The notes beneath the pieces are model-generated. The model saw only the letters and a program-made list of their open reading frames with translations. It was not told the DNA's origin and made no database searches. A DNA stretch of 64,000 nucleotides. Source: Gemmatimonadota bacterium (GTDB lineage: Bacteria; Gemmatimonadota; Gemmatimonadetes; Palauibacterales; Palauibacteraceae). The position numbers and the translations under genes were made by a program. Every line of letters begins with the position of its first letter. Position 1 is the first letter of the stretch. The DNA lies in contig DATFLN010000004.1 in the NCBI GenBank assembly GCA_035267645.1, positions 24,534 through 88,533 of the forward strand, given 5' to 3'. Below are positions 32,328-41,814 of this stretch, piece by piece.

Positions 32328-32648
32328 GGTGCCGGGAGGCTAGCGGCCGGCGGCGGCCGCGGGCAACCGAGGCAAGACCGCCCGGCGGCGCCGGTCGACC
32401 GAGGACGCTCCGGGTCTCGAAGCCTGCCGAGCTGCAGGGCCGTCACCGCGGCGGCTCGGTCTCCGACGACGGAGGCCGAGCCGCGCCCGCGGTCGAGGTC
32501 TCCCACAGCGGACCGCGTGCTCCTCCGGACCGCCGGGTCCTCCGTTGCCCGACAGACGCCGCCCTCCGGGACCCCCACATTGCCTGTCTGGCCCGGTGGG
32601 CCACGCGAACGGCGCAACCCGCCCCTCCCTTCGACCAGGCGAGCATCC

Positions 32649-33638
32649 ATGCGCCTCGAGCACGCTCCACGGATCGACCCGGCGCCCCGGACCGCGACGG
32701 CGGCCCTGCTGCTCGCGGCCGCGGTCGCCCTCGCCGTCCCGGGACCGGCGGCCGCCCAGGAGGTCAGCTACTCCGGGTCGCTCCAGTACGCCACGGGCGA
32801 CTACCTCTTCACCGAGCGCACGAACAGCGTCTACCTGTTCACGTCGCTGGCCGTGCAGGCCGGGAGGGTGACGATCTCGGGGAGCCTGCCCCTGATCTAC
32901 CAGAGCACCCCGTGGATCTCCTACTCGACCGGGGGCGGGATCCCGACCGGCGGTCCCCAGCAGGGGGAGGTGGGGGACTCGCTCCAGAGGCGGGGAGGAG
33001 GAGGCGGGCCGATGAGCATGGCCTCGAGGGCCGACCTCGCGGCGGCGCTCGGGTCGGGACGGATGCCGGCCTCGGCCGCCGCTCCCCGCCCCGCCGTCCG
33101 TCCGGCCGCGGCCATGCAGCCCATCGCGCTCCCCGACACGGCCTCCTTCGACGAGTTCGGCGCCGGCGACCCGACCTTCCGGGCCGCCGTCGACCTGGTC
33201 GAGCCCGGCACCGGCCACGTGACCGTCACGCTCGCGGGCGAGGTCAAGGCGCCGATCGCGGACCCGGCATCGGGCTTCGGCACGGGCGAATGGGACGGGG
33301 GCGGCCTTCTCTCCGTGGGCGGTCGGCTCGGCTCGACCTTCCTGTTCGGCGAGGTGGGCTACTGGGTCCTGGGGGACATGCCGGACCTCCAGCTTCAGAA
33401 TCCCGTGAGCTACTCCGTGGGCGTCGGCCGGCGGATCGGGAACGGGGACCTCGCGGTCCTCGCCTCGCTCTCCGGCTACACCCGCATCCTGGCCGAGACC
33501 GACCCGCCCCTGGACGTGGGCGGCGGTCTCAGCTACCGGCTCGCCGACGGCCGGAGCCTGAGCCTCGGTGTCTCCGTCGGCCTGTCCGAGTCCAGCCCCG
33601 ACCTGAGTCTCTCGGTGGGGTGGAGGACGCGGCTGTGA
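32649..33638 (+). CDS. Putative outer-membrane beta-barrel protein
   Basis: Frame of ORF 32517..33638, starting at ATG 32649. Signal peptide TAALLLAAAVALAVPGPAAAQE. Alternating hydrophobic beta-strand patterns (VSYSGSLQYATGDYLF, SVYLFTSLAVQAG, LSYRLADGRSLSLGVSVGLS, LSLSVGWRTRL). No family was recognised with certainty. Confidence 0.55.
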   Translation: MRLEHAPRIDPAPRTATAALLLAAAVALAVPGPAAAQEVSYSGSLQYATGDYLFTERTNSVYLFTSLAVQAGRVTISGSLPLIYQSTPWISYSTGGGIPTGGPQQGEVGDSLQRRGGGGGPMSMASRADLAAALGSGRMPASAAAPRPAVRPAAAMQPIALPDTASFDEFGAGDPTFRAAVDLVEPGTGHVTVTLAGEVKAPIADPASGFGTGEWDGGGLLSVGGRLGSTFLFGEVGYWVLGDMPDLQLQNPVSYSVGVGRRIGNGDLAVLASLSGYTRILAETDPPLDVGGGLSYRLADGRSLSLGVSVGLSESSPDLSLSVGWRTRL

Positions 33639-33687
33639 ACCAGAATCCAACGGGGTGCCTCCGGAAGGAGCGCCCGAGGGAGGAACG

Positions 33688-34218
33688 ATGAGCACGATGA
33701 AGACACTGGCCACCCTGGCCGTTGGCCTGGCCGTGGCCGCCCCCGGGGCGGCCCTCGCGCAGGGCCAGATGAAGCAGGGCCAGATGCAGGGTCAGATGCA
33801 GGCTCAGATGGCGCGCATGCAGCAGACGATGCAGCGCATGGACCGGCTCCAGGACCGGATCCACCAGATGGACCGGGACATGGCGCAGCAGATGGACCAG
33901 ATGCGCACGCAGGACCGGGATCGGACGGCCGACCAGGACCGGCTCCGTGACCGCGACCGGCTGATGCAGCACCAGCAGCTCCACGACATGCTGCAGTCCA
34001 CGGGGGACATGGTCCGTCAGATGACGCGCAGCATGGACCAGCTCCGGATCATGGCCGGCGACCCCGGCCTGGCCGGTGACCAGGCCATGAACCGGAACAT
34101 GGAGCAGCTGCAGCAGCACTTCCAGAACATGGCCGACCAGACCGAGGAGAGCCTGAAGCTCATGGAGCAGATGCGGCAGCGGATGCAGGAGCGGATGCGC
34201 TCCGGAGGCGGCTCGTGA
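33688..34218 (+). CDS. Secreted Met/Gln/Asp/Arg-rich low-complexity helical protein
   Basis: Start trimmed to ATG 33688, with GGAGGAAC Shine-Dalgarno 1 nt upstream. Signal MSTMKTLATLAVGLAVAAPGAALAQ, then GQMKQGQMQGQMQAQMARMQQTMQRMDRLQDRIHQMDRDMAQQMDQM.... Roughly one residue in six is Met. The DNA shows GGNCAGATGCAG-type 12-nt reiterations at 33763-33810. Confidence 0.7.
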   Translation: MSTMKTLATLAVGLAVAAPGAALAQGQMKQGQMQGQMQAQMARMQQTMQRMDRLQDRIHQMDRDMAQQMDQMRTQDRDRTADQDRLRDRDRLMQHQQLHDMLQSTGDMVRQMTRSMDQLRIMAGDPGLAGDQAMNRNMEQLQQHFQNMADQTEESLKLMEQMRQRMQERMRSGGGS

Positions 34219-34360
34219 CGCGAGGCGCCGCTTCGCGGATCTGACGATCCGGGCCGGGGGCACCCCCTCCGGCCCTCCCTTCGAACCGGGGCCCGCCCGG
34301 GGTCCCGCGGCGGCGCGGTTCCCGGCCTCCGGGAGCCGCGCCGCGCCACATCCGGGAGCC

Positions 34361-35908
34361 TCAGGCCACCGCGGTCGCCGACCCCTCGGTCTCGCGGAGG
34401 AACGCGTTCTGATCGTGGCTGAGGGCTCCCCTGGGCAGCCACTCCCAGAACGGCCCCAGATCCGCCTTGACCTGCTCCGTATAGAAGGTCGGGATGCGCT
34501 CGGTCTCGCCCTCGAAGAAGTCCCGGAGCGGCCGGTCTTCGTCGAGCCTGCGGCGCAGCTCCCGGAAGTAGCGGATCCGCCCCCTCCCCTCCGAGGAGAT
34601 GGCCCGGACCACGTTGAACCACGTTCCGAAGTTGAGCCGCGTGCCGCGGGCCCGGCGGTACACCATGCGGGGCGAGAACGAATACTCCGTGAGGTCGATC
34701 ACCCGGTCGTAGAACTCCGGCCAGCTGTAGTTCTTGGGCCGGACGTTCATCGCGTGATTGTTGTTCAGGAAGTGGAACGGGAACGGCAAGACGCGGTCGT
34801 CCTCCTGGAGCTCGAGATTCAGGGGAGCGGCCCTCCCGAAGGCCGACAGGAGGGAATAGCCGGGGAACGCGCCCGGCGTGCGGTCGAGGAACTGCTTGGT
34901 GAGCTCGAAGGGCTCGGCGCCCTCGTCCACGTCGAGGCCCAGGACGAAGTTGGTCTGCACGTAGGGGATGTGCTCGAGGATCCCGTTCACGTGCTCGGAG
35001 ATCTTCTCGACCTTGGCCATGCCGACCGTCCCGCGCGACTTGGCCTTGTTGCCCAGGCTGAACCACGACTCCACCCCCGGGAGCATGGCCCTGAACCCGG
35101 CCGCTTCGAGGCGCTCGAGCCGGGACTCGGAGAGGAGCGAAAGGCTGCTCTCGGCGACGAAGGAGAGCGGGTGCTCGGCGGTGCCCTCCTCGATGGAGTC
35201 CAGGAGCTCGTCGAACCGGACCCCGAAGTTGGGGTCGTGCCATCCCACCCACACGTCCGGTCTCGTGCGCCCGAGAAAGACCAGGTCCTCGCGGATCTGC
35301 TCCTGGGGCACGGGCTGGAAATCGACCACGGAGTCGATGCAGAACGGGCAGGTGTAGGGGCACCCCAGGCTGGCCAGCATCGGCACCACGGCCTGGATCG
35401 GCGACTTCTCGAGCGTCGGGACGATGAACTTCCACCGCTCGCGCACGCCGGGCAGGAGCGACGGCTGGGCGTCGGCGCTCAGGCGCAGGCCCAGGGGACG
35501 GTGCGGCTCGCAGTCCCGCAGGACGTCGTCCACCAGCTCTTCGTCCGTGAACCCGAGCACGTAGTCGAAATACCTGGCCGCGTCGGCCGGATAGCAGCGG
35601 GCGTGGGGGCCTCCGAGGATGGTCACCGCCCCTCGTGACCGGAACAGCGCGCTGATCGCGTAGGCCAGCTGGGCGGCCTGGGTGAACGCTCCCACGAACA
35701 GGACGTCGATGTCCTCGGGGAGCTCGAAGGTCAGGTCCTCGAAACCCGTGAAGCAGATGTAGCGGACCTCGTGGCCCGCGCGCTCGCACCATACCCCGAG
35801 GGCCTGGGGCATGATGCTGGCCAGGTTGGCGTTGTTGATCCGGGCGTAGAGGGAGCGCGTGGGAGCCTTGGTGACGAGATCCAGGATGCCGATACGGAGT
35901 CGCCGCAT
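34361..35908 (-). CDS. B12-binding-domain radical SAM protein (class-B-like), substrate unknown
   Basis: This is the C-terminal 515 aa of track ORF 34361..40294, with the start at ATG 35908 (MRRLRIGILDLV). N-terminal Rossmann-like IDVLFVGAFTQAAQLAYAISALFRSRGAVTILGGPHA. Radical-SAM cluster motif CPYTCPFC (CxxxCxxC). Confidence 0.8.
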   Translation of the reverse strand: MRRLRIGILDLVTKAPTRSLYARINNANLASIMPQALGVWCERAGHEVRYICFTGFEDLTFELPEDIDVLFVGAFTQAAQLAYAISALFRSRGAVTILGGPHARCYPADAARYFDYVLGFTDEELVDDVLRDCEPHRPLGLRLSADAQPSLLPGVRERWKFIVPTLEKSPIQAVVPMLASLGCPYTCPFCIDSVVDFQPVPQEQIREDLVFLGRTRPDVWVGWHDPNFGVRFDELLDSIEEGTAEHPLSFVAESSLSLLSESRLERLEAAGFRAMLPGVESWFSLGNKAKSRGTVGMAKVEKISEHVNGILEHIPYVQTNFVLGLDVDEGAEPFELTKQFLDRTPGAFPGYSLLSAFGRAAPLNLELQEDDRVLPFPFHFLNNNHAMNVRPKNYSWPEFYDRVIDLTEYSFSPRMVYRRARGTRLNFGTWFNVVRAISSEGRGRIRYFRELRRRLDEDRPLRDFFEGETERIPTFYTEQVKADLGPFWEWLPRGALSHDQNAFLRETEGSATAVA

Positions 35909-36123
35909 GCGGTCGCAGGCCTCTCCCCGGGGAGGACGCGGCGCGCGGCGAGCCGGGGGTTCGACGTCGCGCGAGGGACAGCCTTCGGTGCCGCCGTCCC
36001 ATCGAGGGCACGAGCGACGGACGCCGGGCGGTCTCCCTCCCGGCCGGGGGCATCCCACACGCCGAAAGGTCGCGTGGGACAGGGCCGGCGTCAATCCGGC
36101 GCCGGCAGGCGCCCTCCCCTCCG

Positions 36124-39120
36124 TCAGGTCGTCGGAACGCTTCCGGCCGCCCGGCCCGCCTCGAGCGCGAGCTCGATGACCTCGGCCAGATGGAGCGCCC
36201 GCCGCCCGGTCCCGTGCTCGATCTGCGTCCGGCACGAGAACCCGTCGGTGACGACCAGCGTCCCGGGATCCGCCTCGCGCACCGCCGGGAGGAGCACCCG
36301 CTCTCCCGCCGCCATCGAGACCTCGTACTTGTCCCGCTCGAAGCCGAAGGAGCCTGCCAGGCCGCAGCAGCCGCTGTCCAGCACCCGGTAGTCCAGGCCC
36401 AGGCGCGAGAGGGCTTCCTCCTCCGCCCCGGTGTCGAGGACGGCCCTGTGGTGACAGTGGAGATGAACGACCGCATCCATTTGCAGCGTAGGAGGTTGCC
36501 ACCCGTCGAGACCGTCGACGAGAAACTCGCTCAGGAGCCGCGTCCTCTCCGCCAGGCGCCGCGCGTCCGGGTCGTCGGGGAAGAGGTTCGGGAGCTCGTC
36601 GCGGAAGACGGCCACGCACGAGGGCTCGAGCCCCACGAGCGGCACTCCCGCCCGGATCTCGGGCCGGAGCGCCTCCAGGACCTGCCGGAGCTGGCGCCGG
36701 GCCAGGTCCAGCATCCCGAAGTCGTACAGGGGCCGCCCGCAGCACAGGGGCCGGCCGGGGATCCTCACGCGGCAGCCCGCCGCCTCCAGCACGCGGACCG
36801 CCGCCCGCGCCGGACCCGGATGGAGGTGGTTCGTGAACGTGTCGGGCCACAGAAGGACCTCGGCGTCCTCGGGGGCGCCGGCCGTCGCGCCCGGCCCGCC
36901 CGGGGTGCCCGGGGCTCCCGGCGCGCTCCCCGAGCCCTTCCCCTTCCCGGCCTCGCGCGCCCGGAACCACGCCCGGAAGGTCTCCTCCGCGAACCGCGGG
37001 AGCTCCCGCTCGGGCGTCAGGCCGCCGAGGCGCCGCAGGAGCCCCCCGATCCCCGGGGCCGAGGCCGCCGCGTTGGCGAGCCGCGGCGCCTTCGAGGCCA
37101 GCCGGGCCCACCACGGGAACAGCCCCATGGCGTAGGCCGGACGCGGCCGCAGGCGCCCCCGGTAGTGGTGGTGGTTGAACTCCGCCTTGTAGGTGGCCAT
37201 GTCCACCGAGGCCGGGCAGTCCGTCTTGCACCCCTTGCACGCCAGGCACAGGTCCAGCGCCTCGGCCACGTGCTCGTCGCGCCACCCGTCCAGCTCCTGG
37301 CCGTTCAGCATCTCGAACAGGAGCCGCGCCCGCCCGCGGGTCGAGTGCATCTCCTCGCGGGTGGCCATGTAGGAGGGGCACATGGTGCCGCCCGTGGTCC
37401 TCCGGCACTTCCCCACCCCGACGCAGCGGAGCGCGGCCCGCGCGAAGCTCCCCTCGTCGTCCGGATAGGCGAAGGCGGTCTCCACGGGGCGGGGCGCGTA
37501 GTCCGCCCCGAGGCGGAGGTGGTCGGTCACCGAGGTCGCCTCCACGACGCGGCCCGGATTCATGCGGTGGTCGGGGTCCCACGCCGCCTTGAACGCCCGG
37601 AAGGCGTCCAGCACCTCCTCTGAGTACATGTGGCGGAGGAGCGGGCCGCGCGCGACGCCGTCCCCGTGCTCGCCGGAGAGCGAGCCCCCGTACCTCCCGC
37701 ACGCGAGCTCGGCGGCCTCCTCCACGAACGCGCGGTACGCCTCGATCCCCGCGGCCGATTCGAGGTCGAAGGGGATCCGGGTGTGGACGCACCCGTCGCC
37801 GAAGTGGCCGTAGATCGTCGCGTCGAGGCCGTGGTCCCGGAGGAGCGCACGGAAGTCCCTGAGGTAGGCGCCCAGCTTCTCGGGGTGGACCGCCGCGTCC
37901 TCCCAGCCCGGCCGCGTGTCCCCCATGTCCGTGATGCGGCTCGTGGCGCCCAGGGCCGACTCCCGGATGGACCACATCCGGGCCCTGCGCTCCGGGTCGT
38001 CCAGGAGGCGTACGTCCGGCGCGCTTCCCCCGGCCGTCCGGCGCACGGCCTCCAGCGCCTCGCGGGCCCTCCCCTCCGCCTCCGCGGCCGTCTGGCCGCC
38101 GAACTCGACCAGGAGCCAGCCGCGGCCCTCCGGAAGGAGGTCCACCTCCCCCGTGCCCATCCCGCGGCTCTCCAGGTAGCCGACGATCGCGTCGTCGATC
38201 CCCTCGAGCCCGATCGGCCCCTGCTCGAGCAGGAGCGGGACGTGGTCGGCCGCCTCCCACACGTCCGGGTAGCCGAGGACGAGGAGGGCCCGCTCGCGCG
38301 GCCACTCGACCAGGCGCACGGTGGCCTCGAGCACCGTGACCAGCGTCCCCTCCGAGCCCACCAGCGCCCGGGCCACGTCGAAGCCGCGCTCGGGGAGGAG
38401 CTCGTCCAGGTTGTAGCCCGAGACGCGCCGTGGGATGTCCGGGTACTCGGCGCGGATGCGCTTCGCGTTGCCGTCCACGATCTCCTTCATGTCGCGGTAG
38501 ATCTCCGCCCGGCGTCCTCCCCCTTCCAGGATGCGCCCCAGCTCGTCCGCCGGAGTCGGCCCCACCTCCATGACGTGGCCGTCCCAGGTGAGGACCTCCA
38601 TGGAGAGCACGTTGTCCACGGTCTTTCCGGCCAGGACGGAGTGGATCCCGCACGAGTTGTTTCCGATCATCCCGCCCAGCGTGCAGTGGCTGTGGGTGGC
38701 CGGGTCGGGCCCGAAGGCGAGCCCGTGCGGCCGCGCCGCGTCCTGCAGGCGGTCCAGGACGAGGCCGGGCTCGACGCGCGCCGTCCGCGCCGCGGGGTCC
38801 AGATCGAGGAGGCGTCCGCAGTGCCTGGAGAGGTCCAGCACCAGCGCGGCGTTGCAGCACTGGCCGGCCAGGCTGGTCCCCGCGCCCCGGGTCAGGACCG
38901 GCGTCCCGTGCTCCCGGGCCGTGGCCACCGCCGCCAGGATGTCCTCCCGTCCCCGCGGGACGACCACGCCGACCGGGAGCTGCCGGTAGTTGGACGAGTC
39001 GGTGGCGTACAGGGCCCGGCTCCCCGCGTCGAACCGCACCTCGCCCTCGATGCGGCGGGCCAGGTCCCGCTCCAGGTCCGCGTGGGCGGCCGTCGACGAC
39101 GTGCCGGTGCTCTGCGCCAT
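36124..39120 (-). CDS. FAD-linked oxidase fused to 4Fe-4S and CCG domains (YdiJ/GlcD-GlcF-like 2-hydroxyacid dehydrogenase)
   Basis: Start trimmed to ATG 39120 (MAQSTGTS). FAD_binding_4 motif RGAGTSLAGQ. SGEHGDGVARG. Ferredoxin-like CVGVGKC...CPS and CLACKGCKTDCP. Two CCG motifs, PLCCGRPL and GCCGLAGSFG. Confidence 0.9.
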   Translation of the reverse strand: MAQSTGTSSTAAHADLERDLARRIEGEVRFDAGSRALYATDSSNYRQLPVGVVVPRGREDILAAVATAREHGTPVLTRGAGTSLAGQCCNAALVLDLSRHCGRLLDLDPAARTARVEPGLVLDRLQDAARPHGLAFGPDPATHSHCTLGGMIGNNSCGIHSVLAGKTVDNVLSMEVLTWDGHVMEVGPTPADELGRILEGGGRRAEIYRDMKEIVDGNAKRIRAEYPDIPRRVSGYNLDELLPERGFDVARALVGSEGTLVTVLEATVRLVEWPRERALLVLGYPDVWEAADHVPLLLEQGPIGLEGIDDAIVGYLESRGMGTGEVDLLPEGRGWLLVEFGGQTAAEAEGRAREALEAVRRTAGGSAPDVRLLDDPERRARMWSIRESALGATSRITDMGDTRPGWEDAAVHPEKLGAYLRDFRALLRDHGLDATIYGHFGDGCVHTRIPFDLESAAGIEAYRAFVEEAAELACGRYGGSLSGEHGDGVARGPLLRHMYSEEVLDAFRAFKAAWDPDHRMNPGRVVEATSVTDHLRLGADYAPRPVETAFAYPDDEGSFARAALRCVGVGKCRRTTGGTMCPSYMATREEMHSTRGRARLLFEMLNGQELDGWRDEHVAEALDLCLACKGCKTDCPASVDMATYKAEFNHHHYRGRLRPRPAYAMGLFPWWARLASKAPRLANAAASAPGIGGLLRRLGGLTPERELPRFAEETFRAWFRAREAGKGKGSGSAPGAPGTPGGPGATAGAPEDAEVLLWPDTFTNHLHPGPARAAVRVLEAAGCRVRIPGRPLCCGRPLYDFGMLDLARRQLRQVLEALRPEIRAGVPLVGLEPSCVAVFRDELPNLFPDDPDARRLAERTRLLSEFLVDGLDGWQPPTLQMDAVVHLHCHHRAVLDTGAEEEALSRLGLDYRVLDSGCCGLAGSFGFERDKYEVSMAAGERVLLPAVREADPGTLVVTDGFSCRTQIEHGTGRRALHLAEVIELALEAGRAAGSVPTT

Positions 39121-39289
39121 GCTCCGAACATATCGCGCGAGCGCGCCGAGACCGAATCGGTAGGGGTTTTCCCCACGACTCGCCGCCGGAGTCTCCGGAC
39201 GCGCGGGATCCACCCCCCGGCGACAGACCGCCGCTCCCCTTCCGGCTAACGTCCCACGCGTTCCGAAAGCTCGACTCCGGAGGACCAGC

Positions 39290-40459
39290 GTGCACGTCAT
39301 AGATCGAGAGGGGCTCGACGCCCTGATCCGCCATCTGTCCGCGGAGGGCCGTACGGTGCTCGGCCCGACCGTGGCCGGCGGGGCCATCGCTCTCGGCGAG
39401 GTCGGGTCCGCGCGCGACCTCCCCGAGGGCTGGACCGACGAGCAGGAGGGCGGAGCCTACCGGCTGCGGCGGCGGGAGGACCGCGCCCTGTTCGGCTACG
39501 CGGTCGGGCCCCGCTCGTGGAAGGCGTGGCTCCACCCCGCCGAGCTGCGGCTGTGGCGCGCCCGACGGACGGACCGGGGGTTCGAGCTGGGGCCCGACGA
39601 CGCTCCCGTCCCCCGCTACGCCTTCCTGGGCGTCCGCCCGTGCGAGCTCCACGCGATCCGGATCCAGGAGCGCGTGCTGGCCGGGGGCGTCCACGCCGAC
39701 CCCGGCTACCGCGCCCGGCGCGAGGCGGCGTTCCTCGTGGCCGTGAACTGCGGGGAGCCCGGCGGGACGTGCTTCTGCGCCTCCATGGGAACCGGGCCGG
39801 CCGCCGACGACGGCTACGACCTCGTCCTCACCGAGATCCTGGATCCTCGAGACCCCGGGGGTCCGACCCGTTTCACCGTGCTGGCCGGGTCCGCCCGCGG
39901 CGAGGAGGCGCTCGGAGGCGTCCCGGCCCGGGAGGCCTCCCCCGGCGAGGCGCGGGCCGCGCGGTCCGTGGTCGAGGAGGCCGCGAGCCGCATGGGCCGC
40001 TCGCTCGACGCCGCGGGGCTCCCCGAGCTCCTGGCCGACCGCCTCGAGCACCCGCGCTGGGAGGAGACGGCGGAGCGCTGCCTGGCGTGCGGGAACTGCA
40101 CGCTGGTGTGTCCCACCTGCTTCTGCACCAGCGTCGACGACACCACCGAGCTCACCGGGGACGCGGCCGAGCGCTGGCGCCGCTGGGACTCGTGCTTCGC
40201 CACCGACTTCTCCCACATCCACGGCGGGAGCGTCCGGGGCTCGCGTGCCTCGCGCTACCGCCAGTGGCTGACCCACAAGCTGGGCACCTGGCACGAGCAG
40301 TTCGGCACCTCCGGGTGCGTGGGCTGCGGCCGGTGCATCACCTGGTGTCCCGTCGGCATCGACCTCACCGAGGAGGTCGCGGCTCTGCGGAGGTCTCCGG
40401 GCCCCGCCGCCGGCCCCGACGGGGCCGCCCGCCCCCCCACCTCCGGAGGTGATCCATGA
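39290..40459 (+). CDS. 4Fe-4S dicluster subunit, AsrA/HyhB-like (group 3b [NiFe]-hydrogenase beta-type subunit)
   Basis: 389 aa, GTG start. [35 protein letters not shown]. The stop overlaps the next start (ATGA 40456-40459). Confidence 0.8.
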   Translation: MHVIDREGLDALIRHLSAEGRTVLGPTVAGGAIALGEVGSARDLPEGWTDEQEGGAYRLRRREDRALFGYAVGPRSWKAWLHPAELRLWRARRTDRGFELGPDDAPVPRYAFLGVRPCELHAIRIQERVLAGGVHADPGYRARREAAFLVAVNCGEPGGTCFCASMGTGPAADDGYDLVLTEILDPRDPGGPTRFTVLAGSARGEEALGGVPAREASPGEARAARSVVEEAASRMGRSLDAAGLPELLADRLEHPRWEETAERCLACGNCTLVCPTCFCTSVDDTTELTGDAAERWRRWDSCFATDFSHIHGGSVRGSRASRYRQWLTHKLGTWHEQFGTSGCVGCGRCITWCPVGIDLTEEVAALRRSPGPAAGPDGAARPPTSGGDP

Positions 40460-40923
40460 GAGGACTCGAGCAGCTTCTGGCCGAGCACCCCTTCTTCGAG
40501 GGGATGCGCGGCGGGGACCTGGAGCTCATCGCCGGCTGCGCGCGGAACGCTCGCTTCGAGGCCGGAGAGTACCTGTTCCGCGAGGGAGAGCCCGCCGACC
40601 ACTTCTTCCTGCTGCGGAGCGGCCTCGTCTCCGTGGAGGTCCACGACCCGGCGCGGGGGAGGATCACCGTGCTGAGCGCCGGCGCGGGCGAAGTGCTGGG
40701 CTTCTCCTGGCTCATGCCGCCGTACCACTGGGTGTTCGACGCCCGGGCCATGGAGCTCACCCGGTCCGTGGTGTTCGACGGCGCGTGCCTCCGGGAGAAG
40801 TGCGAAGGGGATCCCCGCCTGGGCTACGACCTCCTCAAGCGGGTGACCGGGGTGATGATGCGCAGGCTGGAGGCGGCCAGCGTCCAGCTCCTGGACGTCT
40901 ACGGCGGGGCGGCGGCCTCGTGA
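40456..40923 (+). CDS. Stand-alone cyclic-nucleotide-binding (cNMP) domain protein, no HTH
   Basis: 155 aa. Motifs [51 protein letters not shown] and GEVLGFSWL...FDARAME. The protein ends after the C-helix with no DNA-binding domain. Confidence 0.85.
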   Translation: MRGLEQLLAEHPFFEGMRGGDLELIAGCARNARFEAGEYLFREGEPADHFFLLRSGLVSVEVHDPARGRITVLSAGAGEVLGFSWLMPPYHWVFDARAMELTRSVVFDGACLREKCEGDPRLGYDLLKRVTGVMMRRLEAASVQLLDVYGGAAAS

Positions 40924-41813
40924 GCGCCCCGGCCGCAGGATCCGGCGTGAGCGAGTCGCCCGGCGCCGGCCCCGCCGTGGACGGCGCCCCCGGCCCGATG
41001 CGGACGCGCGTCTACGCCGTGCGGCGCACGCGCCGGGAGACCCCCGACGTCCTCACCCTGGAGCTGGAGCCGGGCGTGGACGGGGAGATCGAGGCCTCCG
41101 CCCCCGGGCAGTTCAACATGCTCTACGCCTTCGGCGTGGGGGAGGTGCCGATCTCGGTGAGCGGCGATCCCGGGGGCTCCGGCCGCCTGGTCCACACGAT
41201 CCGCGCGGTCGGCGCGACGACGCGGGCCCTGTGCGACCTCCGCCGCGGGGACCCGGTGGGCGTGCGGGGCCCGTACGGGTCCTCGTGGCCCGTGACGGAG
41301 GCCGAGGGCCGCGACGTCCTGGTCGTGGCGGGCGGGATCGGGCTCGCGCCGCTCCGCTCGGCGTTCGCGCGGATCCTGGCGCGGCGCGACCGCTACGGCC
41401 GGGTGAGCCTCCTGTACGGCGCCCGCTCCCCCCGGGACGTGGTGTTCGAGGAGGACCTCCGGCGCTGGCGCTCGCGCTTCGACGTGGAGGTGGAGATCAC
41501 GGTGGACCACGCTGTCGGGCCGTGGAGGGGGCACGTCGGCGTCGTGACCACCCTCCTGGACTACGCCCCGGTCGAGCCGGACGACTGCGTGGCCATGCTG
41601 TGCGGGCCGGAGATCATGATGCGGCACGTGGCGAGGGACCTCGGCCGGCGGGGCGTGGACGACGACCGGATCCACGTCTCCCTGGAGCGGGCCATGGAGT
41701 GCGGCGTGGGGCTGTGCGGCCACTGCCAGCTGGGCGGCGAGCTGGTCTGCCGCGACGGTCCCGTGTTCCGCTGGGACCGGGTGGAGCCGCTGCTCGGGGT
41801 CCCGGAGCTGTGA
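40920..41813 (+). CDS. FAD/NAD(P)-binding + 2Fe-2S oxidoreductase subunit (HyhG/AsrB/PyrK-like)
   Basis: Frame of ORF 40449..41813. GTG 40920 overlaps the upstream stop (GTGA). Motifs [31 protein letters not shown] and the C-terminal cluster motif [11 protein letters not shown]. Confidence 0.85.
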   Translation: MSAPAAGSGVSESPGAGPAVDGAPGPMRTRVYAVRRTRRETPDVLTLELEPGVDGEIEASAPGQFNMLYAFGVGEVPISVSGDPGGSGRLVHTIRAVGATTRALCDLRRGDPVGVRGPYGSSWPVTEAEGRDVLVVAGGIGLAPLRSAFARILARRDRYGRVSLLYGARSPRDVVFEEDLRRWRSRFDVEVEITVDHAVGPWRGHVGVVTTLLDYAPVEPDDCVAMLCGPEIMMRHVARDLGRRGVDDDRIHVSLERAMECGVGLCGHCQLGGELVCRDGPVFRWDRVEPLLGVPEL

Positions 41814-41814
41814 G

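Noticed and set aside
34361-40294. A 1977-aa ORF in the track that would be the largest protein in the window.
   Set aside because: Only the last 515 residues (from ATG 35908) look like a real protein (the radical SAM enzyme). The rest is Arg/Pro/Gly/Ala-rich, low-information sequence in an alternative frame of the real YdiJ-like gene or antisense to the hydrogenase genes. This is the usual long shadow ORF of high-GC DNA.
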